This document shows, piece after piece, positions 30,226 through 40,002 of a stretch of 64,000 bases of DNA (position 1 is its first letter; each line of letters opens with the position of its first letter). The notes under the pieces are model-generated. The model saw nothing but the letters and a program-made list of their open reading frames with translations. It was not told the DNA's origin and ran no database searches. Location of the stretch: positions 1,079,096 to 1,143,095 of the forward strand of contig CAWERD010000007.1 in NCBI GenBank assembly GCA_963811435.1, read 5' to 3'. Source of the stretch: Vicinamibacterales bacterium. Lineage in GTDB: Bacteria > Acidobacteriota > Vicinamibacteria > Vicinamibacterales > JAMQPK01. The translations under genes and the position numbers were made by a program.

Positions 30226-30555
30226 ATGGCGATGATTTTTGTGCTGTCATCTCTCTCGACCCTGCCGTCTCCGCCGGCCGGCCTGACGTACTACGATGCA
30301 CATCTGGCAGCCTATGCCGGACTGGCCGTGCTGACGACGCGCGCGCTGGGGAAGGGCCTGCGCGACATCTCCTGGCGAATGGCGGTTGGCGCGATCGTCA
30401 TCTCGACGCTCTACGGTCTCTCGGACGAGTGCCATCAGTTGTTCGTGCCGGGTCGCGAATTCGACGTGCTCGATCTCGCGGCCGATGCCGTTGGCTCGAT
30501 CGTGGGTGCAAGCGCCGTCGGAGCGTGGAGTATAATCAAGCGTCGCTCTCAGTGA
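30226..30555 (+). CDS. VanZ-like family membrane protein
   Basis: 109 aa. The motif LSDECHQLFVPGREFDVLDLAADAVGSIVGA is typical of VanZ-like proteins. The true start may lie upstream at a non-ATG codon. Confidence 0.6.
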   Translation: MAMIFVLSSLSTLPSPPAGLTYYDAHLAAYAGLAVLTTRALGKGLRDISWRMAVGAIVISTLYGLSDECHQLFVPGREFDVLDLAADAVGSIVGASAVGAWSIIKRRSQ

Positions 30556-30564
30556 AGCCGCGCG

Positions 30565-31347
30565 ATGCCCTTTGACAACCTGCTCGTCCAGCGTGAGGCC
30601 GCTATCGCGGTTCTCACGGTTCAGCGCCCGCAACGGCTGAACGCGATCGACGCGAAGACGATCGACGAAATCCGGCAGGCCATCCTCGATTTCCAGCAGG
30701 ACGAATCCGTTCGTTGCGTCATCCTGACCGGGGCAGGGGATAAGGCGTTTGTCGCCGGCGCCGACATCAACGAGCTTGCGCGCGACACACCCGAAGGCGC
30801 GCGGCAGCGCGCGCTCGACGGCCAGCACGTCTTCGATCTCATCGAGCAACTCGGCAAACCGGTAATCGCGGCCGTCAACGGCTTCGCACTCGGAGGGGGC
30901 TGCGAGCTGGCGATGGCGTGCACCTTCCGGATTGCCGCCGATACGGCACGGTTCGGTCAGCCGGAGATCAACCTCGGGCTGATCCCGGGCTTTGCAGGCA
31001 CGCAACGGCTTGCGCGCCTCGTCGGAAAGACGAAGGCGATGGAGTTGATTCTTACCGGTAATGCGATCACGGCATCAGAGGCGCTCGCGATCGGCCTGGT
31101 GAATCGTGTCGTGCCTGCGGCGAATCTCATGAACGAGTCGCGCGCCCTTGCGGCAGAACTGGCAACCAAGCCGCCGATTGCGCTACGGTACGCGATAGAG
31201 GCCATCAACAACGGCCTCGAGATGCCGTTCGCCGACGGGTGCCAGTTCGAAGCCGCCCTGTTCGGGATGGTGACCGCAACCGACGACATGAAAGAGGGCA
31301 CCCGGGCGTTTCTCGAGAAGAGGAAAGCGCGCTTCAAGAATTCGTAG
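30565..31347 (+). CDS. Enoyl-CoA hydratase/isomerase (crotonase family)
   Basis: 260 aa with LTVQRPQRLNAID, VILTGAGDKAFVAGADI and AAVNGFALGGGCELAMAC. Confidence 0.9.
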   Translation: MPFDNLLVQREAAIAVLTVQRPQRLNAIDAKTIDEIRQAILDFQQDESVRCVILTGAGDKAFVAGADINELARDTPEGARQRALDGQHVFDLIEQLGKPVIAAVNGFALGGGCELAMACTFRIAADTARFGQPEINLGLIPGFAGTQRLARLVGKTKAMELILTGNAITASEALAIGLVNRVVPAANLMNESRALAAELATKPPIALRYAIEAINNGLEMPFADGCQFEAALFGMVTATDDMKEGTRAFLEKRKARFKNS

Positions 31348-31378
31348 ATTGGAAGATTGGAAGATTGGAAGATTTGAG
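31345..31378. repeat. Tandem GATTGGAA octamer array starting at the stop codon
   Basis: The sequence is TAGATTGGAAGATTGGAAGATTGGAAGATTTGAG. A related array lies at 53373..53430. Confidence 0.85.
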
Positions 31379-31381
31379 AAC

Positions 31382-31876
31382 ATGCTGACCCTCGAAGGAT
31401 CGCAGAAAGCTCCCGGGATGAAGTTTGCGATCGTCGTGTCGAAATTCAACGACTTCGTGACCGAACGTCTCCAGGCTGGAGCGGTTGACGGGCTCAAATC
31501 GGCGGGCGTCGGTGCAGATGACATCTGCGTCATCAAGGTGCCAGGCGCGTTCGAGATCCCGTTTGCCGCCAAGGAAGCCGCAACGCGGGGACACTTCGCC
31601 GCCGTTGTCTGCCTCGGCTGCCTCATTCGCGGCAAGACCCCTCATTTCGAATACATTTCGTCGGCCTGTGCGCACGGCATCACCGACGCAGCCGCCTCCA
31701 CGGGCGTCCCCATGAGCTTTGGCGTGCTCACCACGAATTCGGTTGAAGAAGCGCTCGAGCGGGCCGTGGACGGTCCCGGCAACAAAGGATGGGAAGCGGC
31801 GATCGCCGCCGTGGAAATGGCAACCCTTCAACGCGCGCTTCGCCAGCCCACTCCGTCCAAGGGCGTCAACGTATGA
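31382..31876 (+). CDS. ribH: 6,7-dimethyl-8-ribityllumazine synthase
   Basis: MLTLEGSQKAPGMKFAIVVSKFNDFVTERL..VPGAFEIP..VVCLGCLIRGKTPHFEYI. ATG 31382 is chosen over the ORF-track start 31349, which lies in the repeat. Confidence 0.9.
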   Translation: MLTLEGSQKAPGMKFAIVVSKFNDFVTERLQAGAVDGLKSAGVGADDICVIKVPGAFEIPFAAKEAATRGHFAAVVCLGCLIRGKTPHFEYISSACAHGITDAAASTGVPMSFGVLTTNSVEEALERAVDGPGNKGWEAAIAAVEMATLQRALRQPTPSKGVNV

Positions 31877-32325
31877 GCGGCACCGGTACCGGCACACCGG
31901 GCGTCAGGCAACGCACTCGTCACCGTGCCCGGCAGGCGGCCGTGCAGATGCTCTATCAGTGTGAAGTCGGGCAGAACGATTTCGAAGACGTGCTCCGCAC
32001 CTTCTGGTCCGCGAACCTGCCAGGCGCCGAAGGCGCGCCCGAAAACGTGCGCACCTTCGCCGAACAGCTGGTGCGCTCGACGATCGGCAACCTCCCGAAG
32101 ATCGATCCGCTCATCGCGGAGACCGCCGAGCACTGGCGGCTCTCCCGCATGGCCGCGCTCGATCGCATCATTCTGCGGCTCGCCATCAGCGAATTCTTCG
32201 ATGGCGCGACGCCGCGAAATGTCGTCATCAACGAGGCCCTCGAGCTGGCAAAAACGTTCAGCGGCGAAGAGTCGGTGAAGTTCGTCAACGGAATCCTCGA
32301 CGCAGTAAAGAAGAAACTCCCATAG
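31873..32325 (+). CDS. nusB: Transcription antitermination factor NusB
   Basis: ARQAAVQMLYQCEV..RLSRMAALDRIILRLAISEF..VVINEALELAKTFSGEESVKFVNGILD. The ATGA overlaps the ribH stop. Confidence 0.9.
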   Translation: MSGTGTGTPGVRQRTRHRARQAAVQMLYQCEVGQNDFEDVLRTFWSANLPGAEGAPENVRTFAEQLVRSTIGNLPKIDPLIAETAEHWRLSRMAALDRIILRLAISEFFDGATPRNVVINEALELAKTFSGEESVKFVNGILDAVKKKLP

Positions 32326-32378
32326 AGTTCGTGAGGTTCGTGGAGTTCGCGAAGTTCGTCAGGTTCGTGGGGTTTGTG
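32326..32378. repeat. Tandem (A/G)GTTCGTG(A/G) array abutting nusB stop and overlapping the next gene's 5' end
   Basis: The sequence is agttcgtgaggttcgtggagttcgcgaagttcgtcaggttcgtggggtttgtg. In frame it reads MRFVEFAKFVRFVGFV. Confidence 0.8.
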
Positions 32379-33101
32379 CTGGCATGCGCCAGTTGCGGCA
32401 ACGGGAGCTCGCCGGCGCCGGGCGGGCCGTCGCCGGTGCCGCCGACATTCGCGATTCTTGTCTTCTCCAAGACCGAAGGCTTTCGGCACGACTCCATTTC
32501 CGCCGGTATCGCTGCCGTTCGACAGCAGGGAAGCACGCGCGGCTTCTCCATCGACGCTACGGAAGATGCGGCGGCCTTCACCGACGCCAGCCTCGCGCGC
32601 TACAAGGTGGTCGTGTTTCTCTCAACGACCGGCGACGTGCTGAATGCCGCACAGCAGGCGGCGTTCGAGCGGTTCATCCGCGGGGGCGGCGGGTTTGTCG
32701 GCGTGCATTCAGCGACCGACACCGAGTACGACTGGCCGTTCTACGGGGCGCTCGTCGGGGCATATTTTGCGGGCCATCCCGACATTCAGAATGCGACGAT
32801 TCAGATCGAAGAACCCGGGCATCCTTCGACGGCATCGCTGCCTCGCGCCTGGATGCGCCGCGACGAGTGGTACAACTTCCAGCGGAACCCGCGGGGGACC
32901 GTCACGGTCCTTGCGACGCTCGACGAGCGGACGTATTCCGGCGGGACGATGACCCCCGACCATCCCATCATGTGGTCGCATACCTACGAGGGCGGGCGCG
33001 CATGGTACACGGCAGGCGGCCATACCACGGAGAGCTTCTCGGAGCCGCTCTTCGTCGAGCACCTGGGCCGGGCCATTCTCTGGGCGTCCGGTGCAGTATG
33101 A
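32331..33101 (+). CDS. ThuA-like (trehalose utilisation / class I glutamine amidotransferase-like) secreted protein
   Basis: 256 aa with ILVFSKTEGFRHDSI, KVVVFLSTTGD, GGGFVGVHSATDTEYDWPFY and DHPIMWSH. The start is ambiguous among in-frame GTGs at 32331, 32340, 32367 and 32376. Confidence 0.75.
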   Translation: MRFVEFAKFVRFVGFVLACASCGNGSSPAPGGPSPVPPTFAILVFSKTEGFRHDSISAGIAAVRQQGSTRGFSIDATEDAAAFTDASLARYKVVVFLSTTGDVLNAAQQAAFERFIRGGGGFVGVHSATDTEYDWPFYGALVGAYFAGHPDIQNATIQIEEPGHPSTASLPRAWMRRDEWYNFQRNPRGTVTVLATLDERTYSGGTMTPDHPIMWSHTYEGGRAWYTAGGHTTESFSEPLFVEHLGRAILWASGAV

Positions 33102-33110
33102 TTTTCACGA

Positions 33111-34607
33111 ATGTCCTCTGAAGACGAACAGATTCAGCAGCGCCAAGCCAACCTCGCGAAGCTGAGCGGCCTTGGGGTCGATGTCTATCCCCATCGATTC
33201 GATCGCACGGCAACGGTCAGCGATCTCGTTCGGGCGCACGGTGAGAAGTCCGGACCGCAGCTGGAAGAAACGCGCATCGAGACGGTCACGAGCGGGCGCA
33301 TTCTCGGCATCCGCAGCTTTGGCAAGGCGAACTTTCTCGTCCTGTCCGACGGGCGATCGCGCATTCAGGTCTACATCAGGAAGGACTCGCTCTCGGAACG
33401 CGATTTCGAGATCTACCGGCTTTTCGACTTCGGCGACATCGTCGGCGTCGAAGGGCACCTGTTTCGCACGAAGACGAACGAGCTCACCATCTGGGCGTCG
33501 CGTCTCGAGTTCCTGGCGAAGTGCCACCTGCCGCTGCCCGAGAAGTGGCATGGCCTGACCGACATCGAGATCCGCTACCGCCAGCGCTACCTCGACCTCA
33601 TCGTCAATCCTGACGCGCGCGAGGTATTTCAGGTGCGTAGCAGGATCCTTGCGGCCCTGCGCGAGTTCCTCGACAGCCGCGGCTATCTCGAGGTGGAAAC
33701 ACCGATGATGCACCCCATCGCCGGCGGGGCGATGGCGCGGCCGTTCCGCACGCACCACAACGCGCTCGACGTCGATCTCTACCTGCGCATTGCGCCCGAG
33801 CTGTACTTGAAGCGCCTGGTCGTCGGCGGGCTCGAACGCGTCTACGAGATCAACCGCAATTTCCGCAACGAAGGCATCTCGACTCGGCACAATCCCGAAT
33901 TCACAATGCTCGAGTTCTACCAGGCCTACAGCGACTATCAGGACCTGATGACGATGACCGAAGAGATGGTCTCGTTCGTGGCGAAGTCGGCGGCCGGCAA
34001 GGACGAGATTCAATACGACGGCGAGACGATTTTGCTGCGAGCGCCGTTTGCGCGAGTCTCGCTGCGCCAGGCTGCTGCGGATGCGGCGTCGCGGAAGCTT
34101 GGTCAGCAGGTCTCCGAATCCGATCTGCGCGACCCCGCAAAGGTCAAGGATCTTGCGGCGCGCCTCGGCATCGGCATCGATTCCAAATCGGGTCCCGGCA
34201 AGATCACGACGACGATTTTCGAGACGCTTGTAGAGGAGTCGCTTGTGCAGCCGACCTTCGTGTACGACTTCCCGACCGAGGTCTCGCCGTTGTCCAAGCA
34301 GCGGGCCGATGATCCTGAAACAGTGGAACGGTTTGAGTTGTATATCGGGAAGATCGAGGTGGCGAACGCCTTCAGCGAGCTGAACGATCCGATCGAGCAG
34401 CGCAATCGCTTCATGCAGCAGTTAGAGGAAAAAGCCAAGGGCGATCAGGAGGCGCACGCGATGGACGAAGACTACGTGCGCGCGCTCGAGTACGGGCTGC
34501 CGCCGACAGCGGGCGAAGGGATCGGCGTCGATCGCCTGGTGATGCTCCTGACCGACAGCAAATCGATTCGCGACGTCATTCTCTTTCCGCACATGCGGCC
34601 GAAGTAG
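33111..34607 (+). CDS. lysS: Lysine--tRNA ligase (class II)
   Basis: 498 aa with an OB-fold N-terminus. Class II motifs: FLEVETPMMH, FRNEGISTRHNPEFTMLEFY, GIGVDRLVMLL. Confidence 0.97.
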   Translation: MSSEDEQIQQRQANLAKLSGLGVDVYPHRFDRTATVSDLVRAHGEKSGPQLEETRIETVTSGRILGIRSFGKANFLVLSDGRSRIQVYIRKDSLSERDFEIYRLFDFGDIVGVEGHLFRTKTNELTIWASRLEFLAKCHLPLPEKWHGLTDIEIRYRQRYLDLIVNPDAREVFQVRSRILAALREFLDSRGYLEVETPMMHPIAGGAMARPFRTHHNALDVDLYLRIAPELYLKRLVVGGLERVYEINRNFRNEGISTRHNPEFTMLEFYQAYSDYQDLMTMTEEMVSFVAKSAAGKDEIQYDGETILLRAPFARVSLRQAAADAASRKLGQQVSESDLRDPAKVKDLAARLGIGIDSKSGPGKITTTIFETLVEESLVQPTFVYDFPTEVSPLSKQRADDPETVERFELYIGKIEVANAFSELNDPIEQRNRFMQQLEEKAKGDQEAHAMDEDYVRALEYGLPPTAGEGIGVDRLVMLLTDSKSIRDVILFPHMRPK

Positions 34608-35840
34608 ATGCCATACGAGCTGCAAATCGCGCTGCGGTACCTGCTGGCCCGGCGGCGTCAGGCCTTCATCTCGATCATCTCGTTCGTGTCGACGCTCGGC
34701 GTCACGGTCGGCGTGCTCGCGCTCATCCTGGCGATGGCGATGATGACGGGGCTGCAGAGCGAGCTGCGCGATCGCATCTTGGGCTCGACGGCGCACGCCT
34801 TCGTGTTCAAGACGACCGGCATCCAGGACTACCGTGCCGAGATCGAGACGCTCCGCAAGATCCCGCATGTGATCGGCGCGGCTCCTGCGGTCGTCGGGCG
34901 GGCGCTCGCGTCGACGCCGGCCGCGGATGCGTTCATGAGCTTCAAGGGCATCGATCCCGAGCTCGAGTCGACGGTGACCGACATCGAAAAGTCGATCACC
35001 GCCGGCAAGGTAGCCGATCTGAAGCCGCAGAGCGAGGAGGGCTTCGACGGCATCTTGCTCGGCCAGGATCTCGCGAAACAGCTGGGCGTCGCCGTGGGCG
35101 ACACCATCACGCTGTTGACGCCGCAAGGGACGCTGAATCCGTTTACCGGCATGGCGCCCCGCAAGCGGCCCTTCCGCGTTGCCGGAATCTTCCGGGTCGG
35201 CCTGTATGAAGTCGACAACACCATCGGACTCGTGTCGCTCGACGTCGCGCTGAGGCTGTTGAACAAGACCCAGCCCGAGATGATCCAACTCGCGTTCGAC
35301 GACATTTACGCGGCCTCGGCCGTGAGTGCCGACATTACGCGAACCCTCGGCGATCGCTACGTGACGCAGGACTGGGCGATGATGAATCGGCCGCTCTTCG
35401 AGGCGCTCTTTCTCGAGAAGATGGCCGTGTCGATCACGATCGGCCTCATCGTCATGGTGGCCGCGCTCAACATCGTCGCGTCGCTCGTGCTGCTCGTGAT
35501 GGAGAAGACGCCCGACATCGCCATTCTGAAGACGATGGGTGCCACCTCGCGCAGCGTCATGTACATCTTCATGCTGCAGGGGCTCATCATCGGCTCGATC
35601 GGCACGGCGATCGGTGCAATCGCCGGTGTGGGAATCTCGTGGGTGATGAATCGCTACCAGCTGCTGCGGGTGCCGGGCATGGGAGAGGTGTACCAGATCT
35701 CGTACGTCCCCTTCACGCTGCGGCCGTTCGAGCTCGTCATCGTCGTGCTCATGGCGGTTCTCATTTGCTTTCTCGCCACCATCTATCCCTCCCGCCAGGC
35801 CGCCAGGCTCAAGCCGGTGGAGGCACTTCGTTATGGATAG
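34608..35840 (+). CDS. Lipoprotein-releasing system permease (LolC/LolE family, FtsX-like)
   Basis: 410 aa. MPYELQIALRYLLARRRQAFISIISFVS, a periplasmic MacB-like domain, then a C-terminal FtsX module (ILKTMGATSRSV). Confidence 0.9.
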   Translation: MPYELQIALRYLLARRRQAFISIISFVSTLGVTVGVLALILAMAMMTGLQSELRDRILGSTAHAFVFKTTGIQDYRAEIETLRKIPHVIGAAPAVVGRALASTPAADAFMSFKGIDPELESTVTDIEKSITAGKVADLKPQSEEGFDGILLGQDLAKQLGVAVGDTITLLTPQGTLNPFTGMAPRKRPFRVAGIFRVGLYEVDNTIGLVSLDVALRLLNKTQPEMIQLAFDDIYAASAVSADITRTLGDRYVTQDWAMMNRPLFEALFLEKMAVSITIGLIVMVAALNIVASLVLLVMEKTPDIAILKTMGATSRSVMYIFMLQGLIIGSIGTAIGAIAGVGISWVMNRYQLLRVPGMGEVYQISYVPFTLRPFELVIVVLMAVLICFLATIYPSRQAARLKPVEALRYG

Positions 35841-35966
35841 GTGGTCATGGCAGATGGCAGATGGCAGGCGCGTACATCGTTCAGCCGCTGTTCTTCGCAG
35901 ATGACGGAGTGCGCTGCGATGAGGACAGCGGCTCCGGTCTAAGTCCTTATTTCCCAACAAAATTGC

Positions 35967-35981
35967 TGGCACCCTCCTTGA
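35967..35981 (+). promoter_or_regulatory. Sigma-54-like -24/-12 element
   Basis: TGGCAC-ccctcc-TTGA compares with the consensus TGGCAC-N5-TTGC. It lies about 30 nt upstream of ATG 36010. The -12 C is replaced by A, so this is weak. Confidence 0.25.
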
Positions 35982-36009
35982 TATCAGTGACGCAGGGGGG
36001 AATCAAACC

Positions 36010-36555
36010 ATGAGAGCAGTCTTTGGCGCACTTGCGGGAGCCGTCGCAGTCGGTGCGATGCTGGTGTCATACAACCTCGGCGAGCGCCAGGCATTCGATC
36101 GCGCATTGATGCCGGCGATGCCTGCGACCCAGATGGTCATCGGGCCGGATGGGATTGCGAGGCCATACGCCGTGCAGGCGGGTCAGACCGCTCTCGGGCA
36201 GCCCTTCACCGGGCAATCGGCCTGGGCGCCTTACGGCACGATGACACCGGGAACCATGGTTCCGTACGGCTATCAGAACCCGGTCTATCAGCAGGGGGCG
36301 TACCCGGTCCAGACGCAATATGTCACCGATCGTCCTGTCGCACAGCCGACGGTGCGTCGTGTTTCGACGCAGCGCGTCGTCTCGTCTGAAACAAGCCCCC
36401 GGCGCACGTGGCAGAAAAGCGCGCTGTTGATTGGCGGCTCGGCCGGTGCGGGCGCCGGTCTGGGCGCCTTGATGGGCGGTAAGAAGGGCGCGCTTGCGGG
36501 CGCGGCGATCGGCGGCGGCGCGGCGGCTATCTACGATCAGGTGAAACGCCGCTAG
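36010..36555 (+). CDS. Hypothetical membrane-anchored protein with C-terminal glycine-zipper
   Basis: 181 aa with an N-terminal TM helix. The C-terminus is LIGGSAGAGAGLGALMGGKKGALAGAAIGGGAAAIY. Confidence 0.5.
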   Translation: MRAVFGALAGAVAVGAMLVSYNLGERQAFDRALMPAMPATQMVIGPDGIARPYAVQAGQTALGQPFTGQSAWAPYGTMTPGTMVPYGYQNPVYQQGAYPVQTQYVTDRPVAQPTVRRVSTQRVVSSETSPRRTWQKSALLIGGSAGAGAGLGALMGGKKGALAGAAIGGGAAAIYDQVKRR

Positions 36556-36561
36556 AATGAT

Positions 36562-36620
36562 GGCCTTCGGGCTTCAGACTTCGGGCTTCGGGCCCGGAGC
36601 CTGAAGTCCGCGGCCTGAAC
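36562..36620. repeat. Imperfect hairpin built from CTTCGGG / CCGGAGC-type short repeats
   Basis: The sequence is ggccttcgggcttcagacttcgggcttcgggcccggagcctgaagtccgcggcctgaacc. The same word family occurs at 14334..14386, 22246..22302 and 61857..61920. Confidence 0.7.
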
Positions 36621-36624
36621 CTGC

Positions 36625-37299
36625 ATGCCATTCCTCATCGCTTCCAGCCTCAACAAGACGTATCAGGTCGGAAGCCAGCGCCTGCATGTGCTGCGCGATC
36701 TCGATCTCGCGGTCGAGCGCGGCGAGATGGTGGCGGTCGTCGGCGCGTCGGGTGTCGGCAAGAGCACGTTGCTGCATCTGCTTGGCGGGCTCGATCGGAG
36801 CGACTCGGGGTCCATCTCCCTGGGTGACACGGAGATTGGCGCCATGGCCGACGAAGCGCTCACGAGTTTTCGCAACAAGCACGTGGGGTTCGTTTTTCAA
36901 TTTCACCATCTCCTCCCAGAGTTCACCGCGCTCGAAAACGCCGAGATGCCCTTGCGCATCGCTCGCGTCAGCTCGCCGGACGCGCGGAACCGTGCAAGCG
37001 AGGTACTCCAAAGACTTGGACTTGGCGAACGCCTCACCCATCGGCCGGCCATGTTGTCCGGGGGAGAGCAACAACGGGTCGCGGTCGCCAGAGCGTTGGT
37101 CACCGAACCGTCGGTTTTGCTGGCCGACGAGCCCACCGGCGACCTGGACGAGAAAACGGCCGAAGCTTTGCACGCGCTTTTGCGGGAGATGCACCGGGAG
37201 CGACACCTCAGTTCGGTGATAGCGACCCACAATATGCATCTGGCGGCGTCGTGCGATCGAATTTTGCGTCTCGAAGGCGGCCGGCTTATCCCCGCGTAA
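36625..37299 (+). CDS. lolD: Lipoprotein-releasing system ATP-binding protein
   Basis: 224 aa. Walker A GASGVGKST, signature LSGGEQQRVAVARAL, Walker B LLADEPTGDLD. Confidence 0.9.
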   Translation: MPFLIASSLNKTYQVGSQRLHVLRDLDLAVERGEMVAVVGASGVGKSTLLHLLGGLDRSDSGSISLGDTEIGAMADEALTSFRNKHVGFVFQFHHLLPEFTALENAEMPLRIARVSSPDARNRASEVLQRLGLGERLTHRPAMLSGGEQQRVAVARALVTEPSVLLADEPTGDLDEKTAEALHALLREMHRERHLSSVIATHNMHLAASCDRILRLEGGRLIPA

Positions 37300-37389
37300 G
37301 TCTGCCTGCGAGCGGACAAGTGGTGCGAAGACGGAACCTTTAGGTGCCGATATGAGGTCTAACGGATAGGAAGGTCAGTGGTTTGGCCG

Positions 37390-37395
37390 TATAAT
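37390..37395 (+). promoter_or_regulatory. Possible -10 box (TATAAT) upstream of clpC
   Basis: A perfect TATAAT lies in a GC-rich context 54 nt upstream of the clpC start. I could not pick a convincing -35. Confidence 0.25.
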
Positions 37396-37448
37396 GCCTA
37401 TAAGTCGCTAGCGCATTACTACCGCCCCTTTTTCGCAGGTTAAAACGG

Positions 37449-39885
<2,437 letters not shown>

Positions 39886-39898
39886 AACGTCTAAAATA

Positions 39899-39989
39899 GG
39901 CGCAACTGAAGTTGCGCCCTACCGGACGCAACGCCGCCACTTCGAGGGTGGGGTTGTGCCAGCGCGGTAGGGCGCAACTTTCGTTGCGC
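39899..39989. repeat. REPIN-like inverted doublet of GTAG-headed hairpins (GGCGCAAC stem family)
   Basis: 39899..39925 is ggcgcaactgaagttgcgccctaccgg, in reverse orientation. 39965..39989 is cggtagggcgcaactttcgttgcgc, in forward orientation. Confidence 0.8.
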
Positions 39990-40002
39990 TGAGGCCTTTT
40001 TC

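Noticed and set aside
29601-30555. Three small membrane-protein genes next to the spermidine-synthase-like gene as a candidate novel transport or toxin system.
   Set aside because: There are no recognisable toxin, antitoxin, nuclease or ATPase motifs. One is a common VanZ-like protein and the others are featureless TM proteins. The evidence is insufficient to propose a system.
31348-31381. FMN riboswitch upstream of ribH.
   Set aside because: Only 34 nt separate the upstream stop from the ribH start, and these are entirely the GATTGGAA array. There is no room for an RFN element.
37300-37448. CtsR or HspR operator, or a tRNA/sRNA gene, upstream of clpC (three AGGTC/AGGTG words, TATAAT).
   Set aside because: The AGGTC words do not form the CtsR direct-repeat consensus (GGTCAAA-N3-GGTCAAA). 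No cloverleaf or strong hairpin is present. Only a tentative -10 box is reported.
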